A DNA stretch of 64,000 nt, taken from positions 2,027,246 through 2,091,245 of the forward strand of contig OZ246975.1 of the NCBI GenBank assembly GCA_965232485.1. The letters are read 5' to 3'. This DNA is from Rhodothermales bacterium. GTDB taxonomy: Bacteria > Bacteroidota > Rhodothermia > Rhodothermales > VXPQ01. Under the pieces are notes generated by a model that did not search any database, was not told where the DNA came from, and saw only the letters and a program-made list of their open reading frames with translations. The stretch's first letter is position 1. Every line of letters begins with the position of its first letter. The position numbers and the translations under genes are program-made. Below, piece by piece: positions 26,050 to 34,898 of the stretch.

Positions 26050-27930
26050 TTACTTGCGCCGCTCGGTCGTGCGGGGACCGCCGGGTCGCCGCGCCGATTT
26101 GGCCTTGCCTGTCCGGGCATGAAGCGGGCGCGGCTTTTTGCCGCGGGCAGATTGTTTTTTGCGCTGGCTTTTCGCCGCAGGCTGCCCGTTTTCTTCCTCT
26201 TTCGCCGCTGCAATATTCCGATTGATGATCTTCTGCTGCACGGCGGTTACCACATTATACACAAGGTAGTACAAGCTCAGCCCGGACGCGAAGCGATTGA
26301 AAATGGCGAAGATCATCACCGGCATCAGATAGGTGAGCATCTTCATTTGGGGGTTGGAGGTGGGCGCGGACTGAATACGCATCTGAACCACCATGGAAAG
26401 GCCCATGAGCAGCGTGAAGCCCGCCACGAAATCGCCGTAGAACGGAATGGTGAACGGCAGATTCAGGATGACGTCCGGCGCGGAAAGATCACTGGCCCAC
26501 AAAAATCCCTGTTGCCGGATTTCGATGGACTGCGGAAGGAAAAGCCACAGCGCAATAATAATGGGGTATTGCAGCAACATGGGGAGACAGCTTCCCACCG
26601 GATTGACGCCCGTCTCCTTGTACATCTTCATCATTTCCTGCTGCTGCTTTTGGGGATTGTCCCCGTACTTCTCCTTGATGGACTCCATCTTCGGTTGCAG
26701 TTCGCGCATCCGGGCCATGCTCTTGTAGGAGCTTTTCGTCAGCGGGTACAGGACCAGCTTGATGAGAATGGCGAAGACAATGATGACGTAGCCGTATCCG
26801 GGAATGAACTTCGCCAGAAACGTGAACGCAGGAATAAAAACCAGTCTGGCGAGGGGCCGCGTAATCCACTCGAAAAAATCCCAACCGTAATCCACCATGT
26901 CGTACAGGCCCAGATCGTAGTCGGCGATGCGGTAAAACTCCATCGGTCCGACGTACAGCCTGAATTCGTCCGGCCCGTCCTCCGGACGCGGCATAAACAG
27001 ACGCATATCGTAGCGCTGCCGAAAGTCCGCGCTACCCGGTTCGCCCGTTTGCTCTCCGGCAAGCTCGGCGCCCCGCGTACTTGAGGAGGGGATCATAACC
27101 GTAGTGAAATACCTCGTTTTGACGGCGGTCCAATCCACAAGCCCGCTCAGGGGCGCCTCCTGAAAATCTTCTTTCCGAAGCGCAATATATTCCACTTCGC
27201 CTCCGCTGTGCGCATAGACTCCCGACGCCTTGACCTCCTCGTTCGGGTCGTTTTCGGTGAACGGAATGCCGCCTTCCCATATCAATTCGTACCCCTCTCG
27301 CGTGGAAAAGGCCGCTGCATTTTCCTGCGCTACCCGCAAGCCGATTTCGTATTCGCCCGGATAGAACGTATACGTCTGGCGCAACACGCCCCCCTGAATG
27401 CCCGTTTCGAAATGCAACTGGGCGGAATCGCCGGACACGCGCAGGGTATCCCCCTCGTACGACGTATCGAAATACAAATCGCGCGAATTGAGCACATGGG
27501 AGCGAGGCGTCGTAAAAGCGATGGACAAAGCGCCCGAACCAGTGGTATCCACCATCTGTACGGGCGTTTCCTGATCGAATTTCTGGTATTCTTTCAGGAT
27601 AAAAGAGATCAGCGTGGCCCCCCTCGTAGAGAAAACCGCGCTATACATATCGGTTTCGACCGTAATGAAACGGGCTTCGCCCGCCAACGCCGCCTCCAGC
27701 GTCGTATCCTGCCGGGCCGCCTCCGCAACGGACAGCTCCTCGTCCGATTGCGGGTCGTCGAACGCCAGCGCGTCGCTTCCCGCGGCAGCTTGTTCGGCGG
27801 ATAGTGAATCTTCGACAAGCGCCGCCGGATTGTCGTCGGGCGCAACCGGCTGCGGCGGCGCCAACAACCAGAGCCAGAGAAACATGATAATCGCTACCAG
27901 AACGGTCGCGATGACGACATTGCGGTCCAA
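26050..27930 (-). CDS. yidC: membrane protein insertase YidC
   Basis: YidC/Oxa1 core (…PLTKSSYKSMARMRELQPKM…CLPMLLQYPIIIALW…). The likely start is the TTG at 27930, giving MDRNVVIATVL with AGGGGA upstream. The track ORF extends to 27996. Confidence 0.9.
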   Translation of the reverse strand: MDRNVVIATVLVAIIMFLWLWLLAPPQPVAPDDNPAALVEDSLSAEQAAAGSDALAFDDPQSDEELSVAEAARQDTTLEAALAGEARFITVETDMYSAVFSTRGATLISFILKEYQKFDQETPVQMVDTTGSGALSIAFTTPRSHVLNSRDLYFDTSYEGDTLRVSGDSAQLHFETGIQGGVLRQTYTFYPGEYEIGLRVAQENAAAFSTREGYELIWEGGIPFTENDPNEEVKASGVYAHSGGEVEYIALRKEDFQEAPLSGLVDWTAVKTRYFTTVMIPSSSTRGAELAGEQTGEPGSADFRQRYDMRLFMPRPEDGPDEFRLYVGPMEFYRIADYDLGLYDMVDYGWDFFEWITRPLARLVFIPAFTFLAKFIPGYGYVIIVFAILIKLVLYPLTKSSYKSMARMRELQPKMESIKEKYGDNPQKQQQEMMKMYKETGVNPVGSCLPMLLQYPIIIALWLFLPQSIEIRQQGFLWASDLSAPDVILNLPFTIPFYGDFVAGFTLLMGLSMVVQMRIQSAPTSNPQMKMLTYLMPVMIFAIFNRFASGLSLYYLVYNVVTAVQQKIINRNIAAAKEEENGQPAAKSQRKKQSARGKKPRPLHARTGKAKSARRPGGPRTTERRK

Positions 27931-28029
27931 ATCAGGTTCCCCTTGCTCGTATGAAAGAATGGACGGGTGTTGTTTGCGCTTGCCGCAAAGGCGCAAAAAC
28001 GCCGAAACGCCGCCGCGCTAAACGGAAAG

Positions 28030-28488
28030 TCATGCGGGACGTTCCGAACGCATGGAAGATTCGTCGAGACGGCGGCAAAGTTCTTGCAGGGCTTTCGGCA
28101 AATCGGCATGCACCCGACAACCCGGTCGAATGTCGTCCGACCGTCCGCTGCGATGCAGAATCATCATGGTCAATGCGCTGGACGTACCGGAAAAACGGTC
28201 CAGTACGCCCTGCTGATGAAGGCGCCAGGCTTCGCGCAGCAACCGCTTGATGCGATTCCGCGTTGAGGCTTTTGGATGACGGCCGGGCGCAAATCCGATT
28301 TGAACGGGCGCATCGGCTTCGAGATGCGTCCGGGGTACTACCCGGTACACGATCTGAACGCACCCCCTCCTCACCGCAGCCACATCTTCGCGGCGACGGT
28401 CGAACAAGGGACGAATAAGACGCTTTCGCTTGAGACGAAACGAGCAGGGCAATTTTTGAAACGGGCGCGGGCGGCCATCCTTCGACAC
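28030..28488 (-). CDS. rnpA: ribonuclease P protein component
   Basis: Basic 152-aa protein immediately downstream of rpmH. The segment RLKRKRLIRPLF...TRNRIKRLLREAW is typical of RnpA. Confidence 0.8.
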   Translation of the reverse strand: MSKDGRPRPFQKLPCSFRLKRKRLIRPLFDRRREDVAAVRRGCVQIVYRVVPRTHLEADAPVQIGFAPGRHPKASTRNRIKRLLREAWRLHQQGVLDRFSGTSSALTMMILHRSGRSDDIRPGCRVHADLPKALQELCRRLDESSMRSERPA

Positions 28489-28502
28489 GATGCAGCCTCA
28501 GA

Positions 28503-28658
28503 CTATTTGCCTGAACGCGTGTCGCTTACAGTAAGGACGCGACGGCCTTTCTCGCGGCGGCGCTTGAGCACCTTGCGGCCGTTTTTCGAACGCATGCGAG
28601 CGCGGAAACCGTGCTTGTTGGCCCGTTTGCGGCGACTTGGCTGATACGTACGCTTCAT
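28503..28658 (-). CDS. rpmH: 50S ribosomal protein L34
   Basis: [39 protein letters not shown]. Start at the internal ATG, 28658. Confidence 0.9.
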   Translation of the reverse strand: MKRTYQPSRRKRANKHGFRARMRSKNGRKVLKRRREKGRRVLTVSDTRSGK

Positions 28659-28762
28659 GATAACAGGGCGCCTGAAGACGCTTCTTGACTTTTTGTAACG
28701 GGTACAGAATTCCTTTGTACGCACATGCCCGCGGGTATGTTTTCCCGCAATGCAAAGGTTAA

Positions 28763-28860
28763 GGATTCCTCATTATGCGGGGCCTGCCGCATTGCTTCGT
28801 CATTCCTTGCCGGCGAACGCCTCGCAGTCTTTGAGCATCGTGGACTTAATCAGAGTATCC
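28763..28860 (+). repeat. ~100-bp conserved intergenic element, copy 1 (orientation A)
   Basis: Its reverse complement shares the blocks GGATACTCTGNTTAAGTC, GCCGGCAAGGAATGACGAAGCAATGC and CCCCGNATAATGAG with 41451-41547 and 62374-62472. Confidence 0.8.
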
Positions 28861-28865
28861 TTAAA

Positions 28866-28918
28866 GAATGCTCTGATCAAATCCGCAAAAATTCAGAAAG
28901 GGCATGCGGATTAAGGAC
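28866..28918 (+). repeat. partial inverted copy of the same element
   Basis: gaatgctctgatcaaatccgcaaaaattcagaaaggg aligns with ggatactctggttaagtccgcaaagattcagaggctgaaagg of copy 3. With the end of copy 1 it forms an imperfect inverted repeat centred near 28863. Confidence 0.55.
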
Positions 28919-28965
28919 CTGTGCGGAACCCTCTCCGCCGGACGGAGTAGGGGTACAGCTGTATA

Positions 28966-29037
28966 GCGGGAGTAGCTCAGGGGTAGAGCATCAGCTTCCC
29001 AAGCTGAGGGTCGCGGGTTCGAATCCCGTTTCCCGCT
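28966..29037 (+). tRNA. tRNA-Gly (anticodon CCC)
   Basis: Manual cloverleaf: acceptor GCGGGAG/TTCCCGC, anticodon stem TCAGC/GCTGA, loop TTCCCAA, T-loop TTCGAAT. 72 nt. Confidence 0.85.
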
Positions 29038-29100
29038 CGGCAAGACGAGCAGACGAAATGGTTCGGCGAACGCAGCGATACGCGCTCCGCATACCCCGAT

Positions 29101-29175
29101 GGGCGGTTAGCTCAGCTGGTTTAGAGCGCCTGCCTTACAAGCAGGAGGTCACTGGTTCGAATCCGGTACCGCCCA
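29101..29175 (+). tRNA. tRNA-Val (anticodon TAC)
   Basis: Acceptor GGGCGGT/ACCGCCC, anticodon stem CCTGC/GCAGG, loop CTTACAA, T-loop TTCGAAT. 75 nt. Confidence 0.85.
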
Positions 29176-29296
29176 CAAAACAGGAGTATGTCCACCGCAT
29201 TCCATCGTTCCCGCGTTGACTTCCTGCGCCAAAAACAGTAGAATGCCGCTATAAGATACTCTGATCGAAACCACTACGCTCACGGAGGTAGAGTCA

Positions 29297-29632
29297 ATGC
29301 AGGTAATTACCGAAAACAAAAACGGGAGCCTTGTTATCGTAACCCAAGGCCGCGTCGATGGCAGCAACGCTCCTGAATTTCAGGAAGCCCTGAAGGAAGC
29401 GCTCAAGGGAGGCGAACGCACAGTCGTGCTTGATTTCGAGAACCTTGCGTACATCAGCAGCGCGGGTCTGCGGGTCATCCTGATGTTCGCCAAACAGATG
29501 CGAAGGGAAAATATCTCCTTTGCGGCATGCTCGCTCATCGCCGCAGTGAAGGATATCTTTGCAATCAGCGGCTTCGACAAGATTATTCCGATCCACGCAT
29601 CGCAAGAGGAAGCGCTGGCGGCGCTCGGCTAA
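29297..29632 (+). CDS. STAS-domain anti-sigma-factor antagonist (SpoIIAA/RsbV-like)
   Basis: 111 aa. The segment LDFENLAYISSAGLRVIL carries the conserved phosphorylatable Ser context. Confidence 0.85.
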   Translation: MQVITENKNGSLVIVTQGRVDGSNAPEFQEALKEALKGGERTVVLDFENLAYISSAGLRVILMFAKQMRRENISFAACSLIAAVKDIFAISGFDKIIPIHASQEEALAALG

Positions 29633-29707
29633 GGAACGACACAGGATTAAGGAACGACACAGGATTTCGCGGCCCGTCAAGGCAGGAAATGACAAAAACA
29701 TCTGGCC

Positions 29708-30871
29708 ATGGGTAAGACTCCGTACAAGATCCTCGTAGTGGACGACGAACCGGACTTGCAACCGCTCATGTTGCAGCGCATGCGGCGGAGCATTCGCTCC
29801 GGCAAATATACGTTCGTCTTCGCAGGCAACGGATTGGAGGCGCTGGAGCGACTGCGCGCAGAGCAGGACATAGATATGGTGGTGTCGGATATCAATATGC
29901 CCCAGATGGACGGTCTGACGCTGCTCGAACAGATTGCACAGATGGATCCGAATATTCGCTCCGTAATTATTTCCGCGTACGGAGACATGAAGAATATTCG
30001 CACAGCGATGAACCGGGGCGCTTTCGACTTCATTACCAAACCGGTCGATTTCGAAGACCTCCGGATCACCATCGACCGGACCCTCGAACACATGGCGCGG
30101 TGGCGCGAAGCGCTCGCTTCGCGGGACAAACTGGTTACGCTGCAAAACGAACTGGATATCGCCCGGAAGATGCAGCGGGCCATTCTCCCCACGGAATTTC
30201 CCCAAAAGCCCGCCTACCGCGTTTTCGGCGACATGGAGCCCGCCCGTAACGTGGGAGGAGATTTTTTCGATGTGATTCCCCTGAGTCAGGGCCGGATCGG
30301 CCTCGCGATAGCCGACGTATCGGACAAAGGCGTTCCGGCGGCCCTGTTTATGATGTCCACGCGCACCTTGCTGAAAGGCGCAGCCATTGGCCGCCCCCGG
30401 CCTGCGGACACGCTGAGCGAAGTAAACAATATGTTGTGCGAGAAGAACGACACCATGATGTTCGTGACGCTCCTGTACGGGATATACGACCCGAACACCA
30501 GAGATTTCACGTATGCGAATGCGGGGCACAACAGCCCGTTCCTCGTTCATCCCGACAAAAGCTGCGAGATGCTTCCGCTTACCGACGGCATCGCCATCGG
30601 GGTCATGCCCGATCTGGAGTACCAGCAAAAAACCGTCACGCTTGCCCCGGGCGACATTCTTAATTTTTATACGGACGGCGTCACGGAAGCTATGAACGAA
30701 AACCTGGAAGTGTTTGGCGAAGAACGTCTCTTGGATATTCTCAGGAACATGTTGTCCAAAAACCCCGAGGAAATCACGCGAGAAATCTTTGAGGGAGTCA
30801 GGGCCTTTGCCGGCGAAGCCCCCCAATCGGATGACATTACCTCCCTGACTCTCTGCCTGCCTGGAACCTGA
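29708..30871 (+). CDS. response regulator receiver fused to a PP2C/SpoIIE phosphatase (RsbU-like)
   Basis: Receiver: KILVVDDEPDL...VVSDINMPQMDG. PP2C: GGDFFDV...IADVSDKGVPAALFM...TDGVTEA. Confidence 0.9.
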   Translation: MGKTPYKILVVDDEPDLQPLMLQRMRRSIRSGKYTFVFAGNGLEALERLRAEQDIDMVVSDINMPQMDGLTLLEQIAQMDPNIRSVIISAYGDMKNIRTAMNRGAFDFITKPVDFEDLRITIDRTLEHMARWREALASRDKLVTLQNELDIARKMQRAILPTEFPQKPAYRVFGDMEPARNVGGDFFDVIPLSQGRIGLAIADVSDKGVPAALFMMSTRTLLKGAAIGRPRPADTLSEVNNMLCEKNDTMMFVTLLYGIYDPNTRDFTYANAGHNSPFLVHPDKSCEMLPLTDGIAIGVMPDLEYQQKTVTLAPGDILNFYTDGVTEAMNENLEVFGEERLLDILRNMLSKNPEEITREIFEGVRAFAGEAPQSDDITSLTLCLPGT

Positions 30872-30884
30872 CATCCGAATTCCC

Positions 30885-31295
30885 ATGCTTTCGCTCAGTA
30901 TTAAAACCGAAGCCTCGGAACTGGAACGCATTTTCGCTGTCGTGGACGAGCTTGGGGGTCAGCATAACTGGCCTGCCGACTTCATCTTCCGGATCAATCT
31001 GGTCATTGAAGAGGTGGCGATGAACTGCATAAAATATTGTCGCCTTGAGGGGGTCTCCACTTTCGAAATCAAGGTAGTCCCGGAGAACGACATCCTTAGA
31101 ATTGAGATCGTAGACGCCGGACGGCCCTTCGATCCCCTGACGGACGCCCCGGAGGCAGATACGGATTCGGATATAGAAAATCGGCCCGTAGGCGGCCTCG
31201 GCATACATCTGGTGCGCACTATGACCGACGAAATGCGTTACCGGCGGGAAGAAGACCGGAATCACCTGACGCTGATCATGCACAAACCCTCATGA
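30885..31295 (+). CDS. anti-sigma regulatory Ser/Thr kinase (RsbW/SpoIIAB-like HATPase)
   Basis: 136 aa. The NLVIEEVAMNCIKY N-box-like motif and GGLGIHLVRTMTDEM G-box are present. Confidence 0.8.
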   Translation: MLSLSIKTEASELERIFAVVDELGGQHNWPADFIFRINLVIEEVAMNCIKYCRLEGVSTFEIKVVPENDILRIEIVDAGRPFDPLTDAPEADTDSDIENRPVGGLGIHLVRTMTDEMRYRREEDRNHLTLIMHKPS

Positions 31296-32680
31296 AACGA
31301 CTGACCGGCCTGGCGACTCTCGTGCTTCTGACGCCGGTTCTCGCGGGAATCGGCCCTTTTGTCGCGTCTATCGCTGTTCCGAAGGGGTGGACGGGGACGC
31401 GCGTGGATGCGAACGCGTACGAAAAAAGCGACGGCGAGCCAGAAAAGCGGATTCAGAAAAACCGCGCGGAAAACTTTGCGCTATCCGAGAACGCTTCGCC
31501 AAACGTCCGGGCGGCGGACACCACCTCGGCAACCCGGGAAGTCGGCGTTTCCGACGAGCAGGTCCTTTTCGGACAATCCGCGGCTTTCACGGGACCGGCC
31601 CAGGAACTTGGACAGGACATGCGGCGGGGCATCCAGGCTGCTTTTCATGAAATCAATCGGCGGGGCGGCGTGCACGGACGACAATTGAATCTGGTATCCC
31701 TTGACGACGCCTACGAGCCCGAGGCGGCGATCCGAAATACCCTGCAATTGATTGAGGAGGAAGAAGTGTTTGCGCTGATCGGCGCGGTCGGTACGCCTAC
31801 GTCCCGTTCCGCCGTTCCGGTGGCCGCGGAAGCGAATATTCCCTATATCGCGCCGTTCACGGGCGCCGCCTTCCTTCGCGACACCACTTGGCAGAACATT
31901 ATCAACCTGCGGGCCTCGTACGACCAGGAAACGGAAGCGATGGTCGCCCGGCTGACGGAAGACCTCGGCATCGAGCGGATATCGATACTCTATCAGGACG
32001 ATTCCTTTGGACGCGCGGGCTATCTGGGGGCGCGAAAGGCGCTCGAAAAACGCGGCATGGCGCCAGCCTCCATCGGATTGTATACGCGCAACACCCTCGC
32101 TGTCAAAACGGGCCTCCTTGATCTGCGCCGGGGCGATCCCGAAGCGGTAATTCTCGTGGGAGCGTACCAACCGGTGGCCACCCTGATTTCATGGGCGCGG
32201 CATATCGGCATGAATCCCGTTTTCATAACCATTTCTTTCGTGGGCAGTAACGCGCTGGCCCGGGAACTCGGACAAGAAGGCCGCGGCGTCTTCGTAACCC
32301 AGGTCGTACCTTTTCCGCTGGACCAAACGCTTCCGGTCGTTGCCGCCTACCAGCGCGCGCTCGCGGCTTATGCTCCCCAGGCCACGCCGGGGTTCGTCTC
32401 CTTTGAAGGGTACCTGGCCGGACGCCTGGCCGCCGCCGGACTGGAGCGATGCGGTCCGGAGGCGACGCGAAGTTGTTTTATGGACTCCTTGCAGCAGACG
32501 GACGACGTACGCATCGACATTAACGGATTCACGCTTCGCTACGGAAAAAACGACAACCAGGGGTCCGACACGGTGTTTCTTACCATGATCGGCCAGGACG
32601 GCCGGTATTATCCCGTCAATACGCTCATGGATACAGACCGTTTGTGGAAACAGCTGCCCGTTATGTGGCCCATGAATTAG
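31292..32680 (+). CDS. periplasmic substrate-binding protein (LivK/Peripla_BP_6-like)
   Basis: Signal peptide. The LivK-like core FGQSAAFTGPAQELGQDMRRGIQAAFHEINRRGGVHGRQL is typical of branched-chain amino acid-type binding proteins. The start overlaps the preceding stop. Confidence 0.8.
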   Translation: MKRLTGLATLVLLTPVLAGIGPFVASIAVPKGWTGTRVDANAYEKSDGEPEKRIQKNRAENFALSENASPNVRAADTTSATREVGVSDEQVLFGQSAAFTGPAQELGQDMRRGIQAAFHEINRRGGVHGRQLNLVSLDDAYEPEAAIRNTLQLIEEEEVFALIGAVGTPTSRSAVPVAAEANIPYIAPFTGAAFLRDTTWQNIINLRASYDQETEAMVARLTEDLGIERISILYQDDSFGRAGYLGARKALEKRGMAPASIGLYTRNTLAVKTGLLDLRRGDPEAVILVGAYQPVATLISWARHIGMNPVFITISFVGSNALARELGQEGRGVFVTQVVPFPLDQTLPVVAAYQRALAAYAPQATPGFVSFEGYLAGRLAAAGLERCGPEATRSCFMDSLQQTDDVRIDINGFTLRYGKNDNQGSDTVFLTMIGQDGRYYPVNTLMDTDRLWKQLPVMWPMN

Positions 32681-32705
32681 CCAATCCGCTCGAAGGCGCA
32701 TTTCC

Positions 32706-34871
32706 GTGGACGAATCCCCGAATACCCCGAAACGCCGGCGTGTCCGGATATCCACCCAACTGTACGCAGGCATTGGGGCGGCGGTCCTGCTTACCGTGGC
32801 GGCAAGCCTGGTCGGGTGGTTTTCCTTCAACCGCGTCGGCGAAGCCCAAAGCGACGTAAACGAAGGCGCCATTCCCGAAATGGCGGCGGCGTTCGAGATC
32901 GCCCAGTACAGCGGAACCCTGGTGGTGGCGTCTCCGCGCCTGGTCGCCGCCGAGACGCCCGAACTATTCGAAGAGGTTTATGTGGACATTAACGATGCGC
33001 GGGCGTCCTTCGATGAGCAACTGGCTATTCTGGAAAGCACCGAGAGAACCGACGAACGCGTTCAGCGCATTCGCGCCCATTCCGATACGCTGATCGCCAA
33101 TATCGAGGTCATCAAAAACCAGGGAACCAGAATGTTCGAGATGGTTGCCGCCCGGGACAATTTGCGAGAACGCATCATAGACCTGCGCAATCGCCTGGAA
33201 CGCATGGTGGTCTCGGCCCTTGACGACCAGTTGTTCTACACGATCACCGGGTACCGCGAACTGGGCGAAGCCCCGGCGGATAGCGCAGAGCATTTCACCG
33301 AAGAGGAATTCGAACGGTATCGCCACCTGTCCGAACTGCAAGCGGACGCCAACATCGCAACGGAGCTGCTGGTCAATGCATTCACCCATTCCCACGCCGC
33401 AACGATCGAGCCGCTGCGAGAACGTTTCGAGGCCGCCGCCAGCCGCATTGAACGGAATCTGGCCGTGCTGGAGGATTCCACGCTTCATGCCCAGCTCGCC
33501 TCGACGTTCAACGAACTGCATGCGCTGGGAATGGAGGAAGAAAGCGGCTTCGTTTTGCTACAGGAGACGCTTCGCCTTGCCGAAAATCAGCAAGACTTGC
33601 TCGTCTACAACAGCAACGAGGCAACCCTTCTCGTCACGGAAGTGGATAATCTCGTGGTTTCGGCGCGCAGCCGCGCGCAAAACGCTACCGACGCTTCCGC
33701 CAACGCCATCTTCACGGGCCGCACGCTGCTGCTATCGATCAGTATTTTCAGCATTGTCGGCGCCATTCTCATCGCCTGGCTATTTGTCGGACGCACCTTG
33801 CTTTCCCGCATTCAGCGGCTGTCGGACTGGATGCACCGCATGTCCGAGGGCGACCTGGAACTGCAAGTCGAGATATCCGGCAACGACGAAGTGACCGACA
33901 TGGCCGGAGCGCTGGAAGTATTTCGACAACATGCCCTTGAGGTGCAGCGGCTCAACCTCGTGGAGTTGCTGGCGGAAGACCTGAAGGAAAAGAACAGCGA
34001 ACTGGAACGCGTACTGGACAAACTGCGACTGGCCCAGGACCAGATCGTGATGCAGGAAAAACTGGCGGCCCTTGGCGAATTGACGGCGGGCGTCGCCCAC
34101 GAAATCAGGAATCCGCTGAACTTCGTCAAGAATTTTTCCGAAGCGTCCGAGGAACTGCTTGAGGAACTGCACGAGGTGCTGAACGAAGGCGACAACCAGC
34201 TCAGCGATGAGCAGCAAAGCCTCCTTCAAGAGATCCTGGACGACCTGAACAGTAATTTTGATCGCATCCGGCATCACGGCGAACGGGCGGACCGCATCGT
34301 GCACGATATGCTGATGCTGGGACGGGGCGAAGCGCAACACCAGGATACCGACATCAACAACCTGCTCGACGAACATGCCCGGCTTGCCTACCATAGCGTA
34401 CGGGCCAACGATTCCGACTTTCAGCTCGACATAAAACAGGATTTGGACCCGAATGCAGGTATTCTCAAGGTCATCTCCCAGGATTTGGGCCGCGTTTTCC
34501 TGAACATGGTGAACAACAGTTGCCACGCGGTTGACGAAAAACGCCGGAGCAAAGCCGCCAAGGGAGAAGGGATCGAAACCTACATGCCGACCTTGTGGCT
34601 CGTCACCCGACGCAAGGAAGACGCGGTCGAAATACGCATCAAGGACAACGGAAACGGGATTCCGGACGAGGTTTTGGGTAAAATATTCGATCCGTTCTTT
34701 ACCACGAAGGCTACAGACAAGGGCACCGGGCTGGGCCTCGCCATGTCCAGCGACATCATCCGCGAGCACGGCGGCGCCATTCGCGTAAACACCGAACCAG
34801 GCGCGTTCACGGAAATGATTATCGATCTGCCCCTGGAACCGGCGAAAGAAACAGTGGAAGCGGCGGAATAA
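32706..34871 (+). CDS. sensor histidine kinase with periplasmic sensor region and HAMP domain
   Basis: Two TM segments flank a ~290-aa sensor region. HAMP: MSEGDLELQVEISGNDEVTDMAGALEVF. H-box HEIRNPLNF; G-boxes DNGNGIP and GTGLGLAMS. Confidence 0.9.
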   Translation: MDESPNTPKRRRVRISTQLYAGIGAAVLLTVAASLVGWFSFNRVGEAQSDVNEGAIPEMAAAFEIAQYSGTLVVASPRLVAAETPELFEEVYVDINDARASFDEQLAILESTERTDERVQRIRAHSDTLIANIEVIKNQGTRMFEMVAARDNLRERIIDLRNRLERMVVSALDDQLFYTITGYRELGEAPADSAEHFTEEEFERYRHLSELQADANIATELLVNAFTHSHAATIEPLRERFEAAASRIERNLAVLEDSTLHAQLASTFNELHALGMEEESGFVLLQETLRLAENQQDLLVYNSNEATLLVTEVDNLVVSARSRAQNATDASANAIFTGRTLLLSISIFSIVGAILIAWLFVGRTLLSRIQRLSDWMHRMSEGDLELQVEISGNDEVTDMAGALEVFRQHALEVQRLNLVELLAEDLKEKNSELERVLDKLRLAQDQIVMQEKLAALGELTAGVAHEIRNPLNFVKNFSEASEELLEELHEVLNEGDNQLSDEQQSLLQEILDDLNSNFDRIRHHGERADRIVHDMLMLGRGEAQHQDTDINNLLDEHARLAYHSVRANDSDFQLDIKQDLDPNAGILKVISQDLGRVFLNMVNNSCHAVDEKRRSKAAKGEGIETYMPTLWLVTRRKEDAVEIRIKDNGNGIPDEVLGKIFDPFFTTKATDKGTGLGLAMSSDIIREHGGAIRVNTEPGAFTEMIIDLPLEPAKETVEAAE

Positions 34872-34898
34872 CAGCCGCGTTGGAAAAACGGGCAGGGC

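Noticed and set aside
27931-28030. A yidD gene expected between rnpA and yidC.
   Set aside because: No ORF with the YidD signature is present. The 71-aa minus-strand ORF at 27894-28109 has no such motif and overlaps both neighbours.
28725-29219. 164-aa ORF spanning the tRNA-Gly/tRNA-Val region. Likewise 56411-57040 and 56631-57101 lie over tRNA-Cys/Arg/Pro.
   Set aside because: These reading frames run straight through tRNA genes that fold into clean cloverleaves, so they are not coding.
29631-29666. Possible CRISPR array. I also considered the 10-bp tandem GTCACCCGAT x2 at 56651-56670.
   Set aside because: There are only two directly abutting units with no spacers and no cas genes, so these are simple tandem duplications.
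29294-30931. 545-aa ORF antisense to the STAS and RR-PP2C genes. Other antisense ORFs lie at 6163-7110, 17069-18175, 33780-34769, 43267-44184, 46502-47860, 48561-49553, 50431-51339, 51608-53068, 53078-53962, 54573-55346, 55617-56591, 60168-61220 and 61434-62357.
   Set aside because: The reason is the same. Each overlaps a well-supported gene on the other strand and has no recognisable motifs.
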